A stretch of DNA of 32,000 nt, taken from NCBI RefSeq assembly GCF_020969955.1, contig NZ_JAHDSX010000011.1:1-32000 (forward strand), given 5' to 3'. The translations under genes and the position numbers were made by a program. A model generated the notes under the pieces. The model made no database searches. It was not told where the DNA came from and saw nothing but the letters and a program-made list of their open reading frames with translations. How positions within the stretch are numbered: the stretch's first letter is position 1; each line of letters begins with the position of its first letter. The stretch comes from Allobaculum fili. Lineage in GTDB: Bacteria > Bacillota_I > Bacilli_A > Erysipelotrichales > Erysipelotrichaceae. This document shows, one piece after another, positions 15,784 through 25,673 of this stretch.

Positions 15784-17100
15784 ATGGCTGAAAACACTTT
15801 AAAAAATATTGTGAAAAAGCAGAAGAGCGGCCAGTCGGTCGGCATCTATTCTGCCTGCTCGTCCAACCCCTTCGTTATCGAAGCGGTTCTCGAGAAAGCC
15901 CGCGATGACAACGCGGTCTGCCTGATCGAATCCACCGCCAACCAGGTGGACCAGAACGGCGGCTACTCCGGCATGACACCGAAGGATTTCAAGGAATTCG
16001 TTCTTGCCAAAGCTGCTGAAATTGGAACCGATCCGAAACTGATCTATCTTGGCGGCGACCATCTCGGCCCGCTGACCGTGCAGAACCTGCCGGAAAAAGA
16101 AGCAATGGCTTACGCGCGTCAGCTCGTTCACGACTACGTAAAAGCCGGCTTCACCAAAATCCACATTGATACCAGCATGAAAGTCGCTGACGACGATCCA
16201 AACGTTCGTCTGAGCGACGAAACGATCGCACGCCGCGGCGCCGAACTCGCGCAGGTTTGCGAAGAAGCCTACCAGGAACTGAAAAAGGAAAACCCGGATG
16301 CGGTTCGTCCGGTTTACATTGTCGGCAGTGAAGTACCGATTCCTGGCGGCGCTACCGGCGACAACTCCGGCATGCAGGTAACGAAAGTCGAAGACTTCAA
16401 AAACACCGTCGCTACTTTTGAAAAAGCGTTCAAGGACAAAGGTCTCGATAACACCTGGGCCGATGTTATCGGTGTCGTTGTACAGCCTGGCGTAGAAGAA
16501 AAAGATGCCGGCTGCACCGAATACGACCGTGCGAAAGCCAAAGAGCTCATGGCCAGCATCAAGGACTTCGACAACCTCGTATTCGAAGGCCATTCCACTG
16601 ACTACCAGACCAAGTACAAACTGAGAGAACTCGTTGAAGACGGCGTCGGCATCCTGAAAGTCGGACCGGCTCTGACTTACGCCGCCCGCGAAGCGCTGTT
16701 CGCACTGGCCTATATGGAAGAAATGATGTTCCACGGGCGCGAAGACGAAGCCAGCCACTTCATTGACACCCTTGAAAAAGCCATGCTCAAAAACCCGAAA
16801 AACTGGGCGAAGCATTATCACGGAAACGAAGACGAACTCTGGTTCAAACGGAAATTCTCCTTCTCCGATCGTTCCCGCTACTACATGCCGGATCCAGACG
16901 TTCAGGCAGCCATGAAGAAACTGTTCGCCAACCTCGAAAAGGAAGGCGTAAACCTGGCCGTTCTCTCCCAGTTCATGCCGATCCAGTACACCAAGGTACG
17001 CGAAGGCAAACTCGAAGCGAAACCAGAAGAACTGATCAAGGACCGCGTAAAGAACACGATCGACGAATACCTCTACGCCTCCCATCAGGACGAACTCTAA
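15784..17100 (+). CDS. GatZ/KbaZ-family protein (class II tagatose-bisphosphate aldolase accessory subunit / sugar-phosphate epimerase family)
   Basis: ATG at 15784 follows AAGGAGG. The translation (...GIYSACSSNPFVIEAVL...LIESTANQVDQNGGYSGMTPKDF...) matches the conserved GatZ/KbaZ N-terminus. 438 aa. The track start at 15586 is unsupported. Confidence 0.85.
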   Translation: MAENTLKNIVKKQKSGQSVGIYSACSSNPFVIEAVLEKARDDNAVCLIESTANQVDQNGGYSGMTPKDFKEFVLAKAAEIGTDPKLIYLGGDHLGPLTVQNLPEKEAMAYARQLVHDYVKAGFTKIHIDTSMKVADDDPNVRLSDETIARRGAELAQVCEEAYQELKKENPDAVRPVYIVGSEVPIPGGATGDNSGMQVTKVEDFKNTVATFEKAFKDKGLDNTWADVIGVVVQPGVEEKDAGCTEYDRAKAKELMASIKDFDNLVFEGHSTDYQTKYKLRELVEDGVGILKVGPALTYAAREALFALAYMEEMMFHGREDEASHFIDTLEKAMLKNPKNWAKHYHGNEDELWFKRKFSFSDRSRYYMPDPDVQAAMKKLFANLEKEGVNLAVLSQFMPIQYTKVREGKLEAKPEELIKDRVKNTIDEYLYASHQDEL

Positions 17101-17163
17101 GTTTTATCCATTCAAAGACTGGCCCATTGAAATCCCAGATCGCCAGTCTGAACACACTCACTT

Positions 17164-17198
17164 GCCGGAGATGTCGCACGATGTCTCCGGCTTTTTTT
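17164..17198 (+). terminator. Rho-independent terminator of the gatZ-like gene
   Basis: gccggaga...tctccggc hairpin (17164-17191) followed by TTTTTTT (17192-17198). Confidence 0.7.
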
Positions 17199-17419
17199 GC
17201 GCTTTGGAGCGCGTGTCTTTTCTATTTCGTTTTACCGACAAAGATTCAGTTCGGTTTGTCCTTTTCAGGCAGCTGTACGCAGAGTCATTTTCAATCGTAG
17301 ACTCGCCTCCTTCGTTAAAAGCGCCGGGATTGCTTACAGCGCTCTTTCGACATCCAGACAGTCGTCGCAGGTTTGGAAAAAATGCGAACATTCCGGGTCG
17401 TTTTTGATACCATTTATTC

Positions 17420-18688
17420 ATGACTACCTATAAACACAAACGAATATCCAACGGCTGGCTGGTTTTTGGCCTGCTGCTTGGTGCGGCAGGTCTCGCCATT
17501 GGTACTTTTGGCGATCTGCCTCTGGATCAGATGATTTACGATCCTTTCAACGTCTGGGCCAGAATTCTGGCCGCCTGCGGTCCCGCTCCTGCATTCTGGG
17601 GCATCGGTGCCGCCGGTCTGCTGACTCTGGACATCTGGAAAGGAAAGAAGACCATGACTCTGGGCTGGCTGTTCGCGTTTGCGACCAACGTTATCGGCCC
17701 GGTTTACATGGCTCAGTCCATTAACGAAGAACTCGGACTGACCTGGTGGATGTGCTGGCTTAGCGGCCTGCTCATTTCCCTTCTTCCCGCGCTTCTCTTC
17801 TGGTATCTGATGCGCAAGGCCGATCGCAAGGACAAAATCAGGGCGATCTGGATTCTGCTCATCGTCTGCGGCGGTTCGACAGCCGTGATTCAGGTTGTGA
17901 AACGCATCTGGTTCCGTCCACGCTATTTCGCGCTTCTGGAAAATCCGGAACTGACGTTCCGTACTTGGTACGACTTTGGTAAATCCGGCGTTTCCCAGTT
18001 CATGGCTCTGTATGAAACGAACCACGATCTGTTCCGCTCCTTTCCTTCCGCCCACGCAGCTTCGGCTGCCTGCCTGTTTGTCTGGGCCATTATTCCCTGC
18101 TTCACCAAACGCGGCAGCGTTTCTCTGGCGATGATCGTCGCCTACCTCGGTTCGCTCGCTGTCATGGGCAGCCGCATGGTACGGGGCGCGCATTTTCTTT
18201 CGGATATCAGCGTCGGCTTCCTGATTACCTTTGTTCTCTTCTGCATCTGCGCCTGGGCCTTCGGTCTCACGCGCTATGACGACAGTCAGTACGAATATGA
18301 AGACGAAGACGATTTTGAAGAAAGAACGTCCCGTCCATCCAAATCGTCCCGCTCCAGAAAAGCGGCACGTCACGACGACTTCGATGAAGAGGAAGCAGAA
18401 GACGAGGATGTCGATTTCGAAGAAGACTTTGAACCGCGTCCCCGCAAAAAAGCGAACGCAGAAAAAGTGCCCGCTGAAAATGAAGAAAGCGAAGCAAGTG
18501 AAGAAACACCTGCAGCCTCTGCTTCGGATCCAGCTAAAGCACCTGCTTCTTCGAAAGACGATCGCAAAGCCAAAGCGGAAGAGCCGGATGCCCCAGGAGA
18601 GCATCGCCGTCTTTCCCGCCGTGAACGTTCTGCACACCGCCGCAAAACGGTCGAAGAACTCTTTGACGATTCCATTTTTGAAGATTAA
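17420..18688 (+). CDS. PAP2-superfamily membrane phosphatase with a long charged C-terminal tail
   Basis: PAP2 motifs KRIWFRPR, SFPSAHA and SRMVRGAHFLSD, with about 6 TM. The last 140 aa or so are D/E/K/R/S-rich low complexity. No SD is visible before the ATG. Confidence 0.8.
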   Translation: MTTYKHKRISNGWLVFGLLLGAAGLAIGTFGDLPLDQMIYDPFNVWARILAACGPAPAFWGIGAAGLLTLDIWKGKKTMTLGWLFAFATNVIGPVYMAQSINEELGLTWWMCWLSGLLISLLPALLFWYLMRKADRKDKIRAIWILLIVCGGSTAVIQVVKRIWFRPRYFALLENPELTFRTWYDFGKSGVSQFMALYETNHDLFRSFPSAHAASAACLFVWAIIPCFTKRGSVSLAMIVAYLGSLAVMGSRMVRGAHFLSDISVGFLITFVLFCICAWAFGLTRYDDSQYEYEDEDDFEERTSRPSKSSRSRKAARHDDFDEEEAEDEDVDFEEDFEPRPRKKANAEKVPAENEESEASEETPAASASDPAKAPASSKDDRKAKAEEPDAPGEHRRLSRRERSAHRRKTVEELFDDSIFED

Positions 18689-18704
18689 TTGTACGGATTT
18701 TTCG

Positions 18705-18735
18705 GGAACGAAGCGCAAAGCTTCGTTCCTTTTTT
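18705..18735 (+). terminator. Rho-independent terminator of the PAP2 gene
   Basis: ggaacgaagc (18705-18714) / gcttcgttcc (18720-18729) followed by TTTTTT. Confidence 0.75.
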
Positions 18736-19027
18736 CATGACCCTTGTTTTCATAGCCGCTAACATACGGACAATGGCGAACGCCATTTTCCAGCGACTGC
18801 TGGGAAAATCCAAGTCCATCTCTTTGTCTGGGCTGGATTTCTCCGATGCACCGGCATGGCGCTAGCGGTTTTCCCTTCGTGCCATACAGGTATAATAAAA
18901 TCGGTTCAGGAAAGACACGTTCCTGATTCTTCCGTATCCTGCAGAGCGCCGATCGATCGACGCCACGCGATTCGATTTGGTCTGTCTGTGTGCCTGGAAG
19001 AAAGCCCACTGGAAAGAAGGCTGTTTT

Positions 19028-19141
19028 ATGTTGGCAATTGATTCCGCACTGGATTCTCTGATTACGCTTGGAGGATCCATTCTCGCTTTGTTAATTATCC
19101 TCGGGGTGTTTTATCTGATCGTAAAATCTTCCGGCAAGTAA
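19028..19141 (+). CDS. Possible 37-aa single-TM small protein (MLAIDSALDSLITLGGSILALLIILGVFYLIVKSSGK)
   Basis: The ORF runs ATG to TAA, below the track cut-off. A weak SD (gaaagaagg) lies 8 nt upstream. It has a hydrophobic core and a basic tail. No terminator separates it from plsY 44 nt downstream. Support is composition only. Confidence 0.3.
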   Translation: MLAIDSALDSLITLGGSILALLIILGVFYLIVKSSGK

Positions 19142-19184
19142 AAGCTCCCCAGACAGAGCACTTATTCACAGAAACGAGGACGAT

Positions 19185-19952
19185 ATGGAACTGGATTTAT
19201 TGTGGTGTGTCCTGATCGGATACGCCTTTGGCAACATTCTCACGGCTTCACTGGTCGGCCGCCTCTTTGAAAAAGACCTGTTTAAAAGCGGCTCCGGGAA
19301 TCCGGGCATGACCAACACGATCAAGGTTCTCGGCAAAAAAGCCGGAATCTTCGTTCTGCTTGGCGACATTCTCAAAACCTGCGCCGCGGTTTATATATGT
19401 GTACTGCTCTTTCCCGCGTATACGAAGCTGATCCCGCTGTATACCGGATGCGGCACGCTGCTCGGCCACTGCTTTCCTATATGGCATCATTTTCAGGGCG
19501 GCAAGGGCGTAGCCGTTACCGCCGCATCGTTTGTCCTGTACTGGCCGCTGGCCGGTTTCAGTGCGCTGGCCGCGGGAGCGCTTGGTGTCCTGATGAAATT
19601 TGGCGTAAAAATCGCCGCGCTTCTGATCGACGTCGTCTTCATGATTTTCATGGCGTTTCGCTTTTCGTGGATCACGTTTCTTCCCGCCCTGTTCATGGCC
19701 GTGCTGATGGCGTGGCTTAACCTTCGCCCAAACCGCCTCAAGGATGGAAAACCGCTCGCAGAATCTTCTAGCGCTGCCCAGAGCTCTGCATCGACTTTGA
19801 AAAGCAAAAAAGAGCGAAAAGAAGAGCGTATAGAAAAAGAAGAGGAAGAACTTCTTGAAGCGCTCGATGCCGACATAGAGCCCGCAATTCAGGAAGCAGA
19901 ATCCAGGACGGCACAGTCGATTACCGAAGGCGCGAACAGCACAGAAAAGTAA
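19185..19952 (+). CDS. plsY: Glycerol-3-phosphate acyltransferase PlsY (acyl-phosphate dependent) with a charged C-terminal extension
   Basis: Motifs SGSGNPGMTN and HCFPIWHHFQGGKGVA. GAGGA SD. About 65 extra K/E-rich residues at the C-terminus. Confidence 0.9.
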   Translation: MELDLLWCVLIGYAFGNILTASLVGRLFEKDLFKSGSGNPGMTNTIKVLGKKAGIFVLLGDILKTCAAVYICVLLFPAYTKLIPLYTGCGTLLGHCFPIWHHFQGGKGVAVTAASFVLYWPLAGFSALAAGALGVLMKFGVKIAALLIDVVFMIFMAFRFSWITFLPALFMAVLMAWLNLRPNRLKDGKPLAESSSAAQSSASTLKSKKERKEERIEKEEEELLEALDADIEPAIQEAESRTAQSITEGANSTEK

Positions 19953-19982
19953 TCTGCGCTCAAGCTCCCTTTGAACAAAATA

Positions 19983-20051
19983 AAAATCGCACATCCATCG
20001 TCCGACGCGTTTTTCGAAACTGCGTTTGGCGGGAATGTGCGATTTTTGTTT
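19983..20051. terminator. Bidirectional terminator between plsY and the convergent secreted-protein gene
   Basis: aaaatcgcacat (19983-19994) / atgtgcgatttt (20035-20046) with a structured 40-nt interior, then a T-run TTTTTGTTTT. The large loop makes it atypical. Confidence 0.5.
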
Positions 20052-20104
20052 TCTGCATTGGTTTATGGCTTGGAATCCGGGAGACTGGCTTCGCGAAAGG
20101 CAGA

Positions 20105-20908
20105 TTACCAGTTGACCGCGATATCGAGCTGCGTGTGATTGTTGAGCGCAAAGGTTCCGGTGTCGCAGACGATGCCCATGCCAAGGGACGTCTGGATCAG
20201 AGAGCCACGAGGACGGGTGGGCAGATGGGCGGCGACCATGACATAATCGCCTAACATTTTTACGCCGTCTTCTCGCACCCAGTATTTGTCATTGTTGCCG
20301 ATCGAACGCATGATGCGAACGACGCCGTCCATCGGAAGATTGTAGTACGTCTCTTTTCCGGAAGGACCCATAATGGTTCCGGCACTGCGGTTAAGAACCG
20401 CTCCATTCCACTGGGGCGTATCGAGCTTGATTTCCAGATCTTCTTCTTCGAGATCGGCCATCGTTCCGGCGGGCTGTGACGCGTTTTTAGCCTGGCTGAC
20501 TTTCATCTCCGCATCCAGACGCCGCTTTTCGCGATCCGCTTCCTTTTTCTGGTAGTCTTTCAGCGCGTCTTTTTCTTCCTGACTGACTGCTACGCAAGTG
20601 GGATGAACGTGATACGTCTGTCCATCGATTTCCATGAGCAGGGTGTCATCGAGCGAATAGCCGATCAGCGTACCCTGCGAATACGGTTTGGGGCTCTGAA
20701 ACAGACTGATCTGGCGCGTTTTCATATTTTCTTTTTTGCACTGCTCAAGGCACGGTGCGGTCACAGCGGGAATCTGCATCGTTCCCAGTGCCGCGCTTTT
20801 TTCAAAGCCGTTTGCCGGCTTTTCGCCCTCTTTCGCGTAAAGCGAGAGCGCAGGTATCATCAGGCCGGATAAGACGACGGCCAGTAAAGAGGCAATCCAT
20901 TTTTTCAT
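20105..20908 (-). CDS. Secreted protein; C-terminal domain tentatively 3D / RlpA-like double-psi beta-barrel (cell-wall acting?)
   Basis: Signal peptide MKKWIASLLAVVLSGLMIPALSLYA and a charged coiled-coil linker. The C-terminus (...GSLIQTSLGMGIVCDTGTFALNNHTQLDIAVNW) resembles the G-x-G...DTG...D ending of 3D-domain proteins (YuiC/MltA type), recalled from memory. ATG at 20908 is preferred over GTG at 20920. Confidence 0.5.
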   Translation of the reverse strand: MKKWIASLLAVVLSGLMIPALSLYAKEGEKPANGFEKSAALGTMQIPAVTAPCLEQCKKENMKTRQISLFQSPKPYSQGTLIGYSLDDTLLMEIDGQTYHVHPTCVAVSQEEKDALKDYQKKEADREKRRLDAEMKVSQAKNASQPAGTMADLEEEDLEIKLDTPQWNGAVLNRSAGTIMGPSGKETYYNLPMDGVVRIMRSIGNNDKYWVREDGVKMLGDYVMVAAHLPTRPRGSLIQTSLGMGIVCDTGTFALNNHTQLDIAVNW

Positions 20909-21424
20909 AATTTCTTTCACTCCTGTGCGCGTTCTCTAAATCATCCTTTCCTCCATAATCCAGAAAAGGACATCCTGAAAAGCCGATCCTCTCTTCAAAA
21001 GACATCCCTTACCCGCTCCTGAAAAGCGGGCGGCAAGGGGGCAAAGAAGGATGACTTTGCGTAAGGCGTGCGCATGAAAACTCCGTTCTGGAATTTTTCT
21101 GCGTTTCAGTCTAACAAATCCGCAACGATCGGCTCAACCCGAAATCCATGCCGGCCAGAAACCGTGCATTTTTAACCAACACACTGTTACAGAGTTATTA
21201 CTATCCGTATTCCATTTTGTTTTAGATCTTTCCTGTTTTCGATCTCTTCCGATTTCATCCAGCGAAATCCTACAATTTCCGTTATTTATTCCGTATCTCT
21301 CCCCTATTTCTAACGCTTTTTGACACATTCATCTACCGCAAAAAGTCTGAAAAAGACGATTTTATCAACCTGTACAAAGCCTTTACAAAAAAGCGCATCC
21401 GCCGTATTCGCGCCGTTTTCCCAC

Positions 21425-21450
21425 AAAAAAAGCCGGGTGTTCACCCGGCT
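21425..21450 (-). terminator. Rho-independent terminator of eno
   Basis: agccgggtg-ttc-acccggct hairpin (21431-21450). On the minus strand it is followed by TTTTTTT (A-run 21425-21431). Confidence 0.75.
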
Positions 21451-21470
21451 CTGGTTCAGAGGAAATGCAA

Positions 21471-22892
<1,422 letters not shown>

Positions 22893-23120
22893 TTAGCCGG
22901 ATGCACCGTTTTCTGCCTTTTCAAAAAAGGGGGTTCAGTCCGCCCGTTCAAAGCCCGCTTTCAAAAAGTTCATTTTTGGACAAATTCAAGGATTTCCCTA
23001 ATCTTAAGCCGATTGGATACACATATCACTCAGGAAAATTCCACTGTACCGATTTGATCATCTGCAGACAACCCGGATGATTTTTCGGACTGAAATCGGC
23101 TTGCAAAGCCTGAATCCCGC

Positions 23121-23149
23121 AAAAAGCCAGACGCTGCAAGCGCCTGGCT
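23121..23149 (-). terminator. Rho-independent terminator of the U32-family gene
   Basis: agccag (23125-23130) / ctggct (23144-23149) with inner gcg/cgc pairing. On the minus strand it is followed by TTTTT. Confidence 0.65.
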
Positions 23150-23181
23150 CTGCTCTTTATTTTCTGGATGAAATCCTCTAA

Positions 23182-25374
23182 TTATTTGTTTCCGCTGATG
23201 GCTTCGAGGTTTTCTAACATCTGCTTTTCAAGCTGTTCTGTCTCATCATGGCTTTCGTCGCTCATGACCATACGGAATGCGTGCACACCTTCGCGAGCGT
23301 AGCCCGGGATCTGGTCGATGGTGTCGATGGCCTTTTCATCAAACACCTGCATGCGGCAGTCCGGGTTTCCATACAGGAATGCACGGCGTCCGTCTTTGCC
23401 CAGCAGCGTATAGCGGTTGGTCCGGCAAAGCGAGCAGTTCTGACGCTTGCCGTCTTTTAAAGCCGTATTGACCGGGCAGTGTTTCATGACCATCAGTCTT
23501 GGCTTTTCGTAAACCGTCAGAATGACTGGAGCTTCAAAGCCATAGCGGTCTTTAAACGCCTTTAAAAGCGCCTGCCGATCTTCATCGCTCAGTTCGCCGG
23601 CCAGAACGCCGCCCTGATAGCCCATTTCAAGCAACGCCGCAGCCGCGTAGGAGTTGGTAATGTTCAGGTTTTCCACGATTTCGCCTTTGCCCAGCGAATC
23701 GGTAATATAGCCTTCATCCTTATAAATCGGAGATTTGCGCTCCGTTCCCGGAATCGGGAATTCGCTGACCTGCAGCAGAGGCAGATCCGTCTTCTGGTTT
23801 TTGTTCTGTATCTGCACAAAGGAAGGCAGCGGCTTGGGCGCTTTGGGCTGGTACGTAGACTCGACTTCGACGAGCGGTCCGCGCTGCAGACGCAGCGCGC
23901 CGAGCTGATCAATTGCCTCACGGCGCATCGTATTCAGAATCGATACCGGAATAAAGGCGTTGTCCGGCAGATCCACATCAATCGTTGCCGGATTGGCCCA
24001 GGTATCTTTCGTCTTCTTCAGAGAACGGACAATCTGTTCCGTTTTGCTTGGGGCTTTCTGTGCCGCTTCGAGAAGACCGCCTTCAATAGCCACGGTATGG
24101 GTTCCATCCGTCGCTTCGAGAATCAACGGATCCCCGATTTTGGCCGCCTTAAGCGTAAAGGCGATATCCGCCTGCGGATGCGAAGTTCGAATGGCTTCTT
24201 CCACATCTTTCTGCAGAAGATAGCTTGTCGTCTTGCGGACTTCCATGCCGTTAAACACGCCGCCGGGAACGCGTACTTCAACCGTTTCCCCTTTGGCGGC
24301 TTTGGCGATCAGCTTGCCGCGGGTATCGAAAATGAAGTTGGCATTGCATCCGGTGGAACGATTCCTCTGCACAAAGCGAAGACCGTCATTTTGATGCAGA
24401 TCTTCATCAAGAACAATGCGGGCGCGGTCATGGCTGACTTTAATGACCTTGCCAAGATGGATGCCCTGATGGTTGGACGTTTCCGTATTCATCAGCACAG
24501 TGCCTTTCGCCTTCCAGCCATGACCGGTCGTATAGCCGCGGTTAAACGCGGTTTCCATGCCGACTTTCAGTTCTTTGCCTACGCGAAGACCGTCTGCTGC
24601 AGCACGGGCGGCTGCGGCGCTTTCGTAGACGTATTCTGGCGATTTCATACGGCCTTCAATTTTCAGCGAGAATACCCCGGCTTTGGCGAGCTGGCTGATC
24701 TGATCGATCGCGGAAAGATCTTTAGGAGAAAGCAGATACTTGCCGGGAAGCGGAATCGGCATTCCGTTTTCTTCAAGCGTGTATTCCATGCGGCATGCCT
24801 GCGCGCATTTTCCTTTATTGGCTGAACGATCGTAGCGCACCTGAGAAAACCGGCACTGTCCCGAATACGAAATGCACAGAGCGCCATGGATAAAGACTTC
24901 CAGTTCCATTCCCGTCGCCGCGCACGCTTTGATTTCGTCAAGCGTAGCTTCTCTGGCCAGCACGCAGCGCTTTACGCCGAGCTTGCGCAGCTGTTCGATC
25001 TGATACGGTGTGGAAACAGAAAGCTGTGTAGAAGCGTGCAGTTCGAGATTGGGCAGGCGATGATGCAGAAGATGGATCAGACCGAGGTCCTGAATGATGA
25101 GCGCGTCGACGCCCAGTTCATGAAGGGCTTTGGCCTGCTGATACGCCTCTTCCATATGGTCTTCTTCAATGAGCGTATTCATCGTGACGTAAATGCGCTT
25201 GCCCGCGAGATGCGCGTCTTCAATGGCTTTGGCGACCTGATCGAGTGTGAAATTGGCCGCGTACGCCCGCGCGCCAAACTGCGGCAACGCCAGATAAACC
25301 GCATCGGCGCCGCCCGCAAAGGCGGCTTTGAGCGCCTGCTCATTTCCGGCTGGGGAAAGGACTTCAAGATTCAT
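23182..25374 (-). CDS. U32-family protein, long form (so-called collagenase-like peptidase; family now linked to Fe-S dependent RNA/quinone hydroxylation)
   Basis: 730 aa with the U32 N-terminal barrel (MNLEVLSPAGN...ADAVYL...). ALCISYSGQCRFSQVRYDRSANKGKCAQAC gives an exact CX6CX15CX3C spacing. GGGAG SD. Confidence 0.9.
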   Translation of the reverse strand: MNLEVLSPAGNEQALKAAFAGGADAVYLALPQFGARAYAANFTLDQVAKAIEDAHLAGKRIYVTMNTLIEEDHMEEAYQQAKALHELGVDALIIQDLGLIHLLHHRLPNLELHASTQLSVSTPYQIEQLRKLGVKRCVLAREATLDEIKACAATGMELEVFIHGALCISYSGQCRFSQVRYDRSANKGKCAQACRMEYTLEENGMPIPLPGKYLLSPKDLSAIDQISQLAKAGVFSLKIEGRMKSPEYVYESAAAARAAADGLRVGKELKVGMETAFNRGYTTGHGWKAKGTVLMNTETSNHQGIHLGKVIKVSHDRARIVLDEDLHQNDGLRFVQRNRSTGCNANFIFDTRGKLIAKAAKGETVEVRVPGGVFNGMEVRKTTSYLLQKDVEEAIRTSHPQADIAFTLKAAKIGDPLILEATDGTHTVAIEGGLLEAAQKAPSKTEQIVRSLKKTKDTWANPATIDVDLPDNAFIPVSILNTMRREAIDQLGALRLQRGPLVEVESTYQPKAPKPLPSFVQIQNKNQKTDLPLLQVSEFPIPGTERKSPIYKDEGYITDSLGKGEIVENLNITNSYAAAALLEMGYQGGVLAGELSDEDRQALLKAFKDRYGFEAPVILTVYEKPRLMVMKHCPVNTALKDGKRQNCSLCRTNRYTLLGKDGRRAFLYGNPDCRMQVFDEKAIDTIDQIPGYAREGVHAFRMVMSDESHDETEQLEKQMLENLEAISGNK

Positions 25375-25613
25375 AGCTATCGCTCCCGTTCTATATCGAT
25401 CTGAATCCGGCAGAAGAGAAAGCAGTCGCTCTTGTCGATTCAGAATTTCTGGTTTTATGAAAAACTTTTTTCACAGGGTTTGGACGGCCGCTCTGGCGAA
25501 TCCCAAAAGTCGCCGTCCGTTTCATCGTTTTCATTATGGCCAGCCCCGCGGAAACGTTCAAACGAAACGGCCGCTCTTCTCGGTCTGCCCGTCCTGGCTT
25601 TGCGAAACGGATC

Positions 25614-25656
25614 CAAAGAAAAAGGACTGGATTTCTCATTTGAAAAATCTCAGTCC
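25614..25656 (-). terminator. Rho-independent terminator after the mntR-like gene
   Basis: ggactggattt (25624-25634) / aaatc-t-cagtcc (25645-25656). On the minus strand it is followed by TTTTTCTTTG. Confidence 0.65.
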
Positions 25657-25673
25657 GAAAATTCAATTATCGT

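Noticed and set aside
17158-17421. 87-aa minus-strand ORF and overlapping plus-strand ORFs between gatZ and the PAP2 gene.
   Set aside because: They overlap the gatZ terminator, have no SD, and give basic low-complexity translations. They are most likely non-coding.
17414-19009. 531-aa minus-strand ORF covering the PAP2 gene and 320 bp beyond it.
   Set aside because: It is in the codon-aligned antisense frame of the PAP2 gene. The translation is repetitive (the antisense of the D/E/K tail gives F/S/L/R runs). No SD is present, and the ORF runs through the PAP2 terminator. I treat it as an artefact.
21134-21328. 64-aa minus-strand ORF in the eno/secreted-protein gap.
   Set aside because: It has no convincing SD (ggtagatga), a hydrophilic translation with no features, and no supporting context. 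I kept it only as part of the non-coding gap observation.
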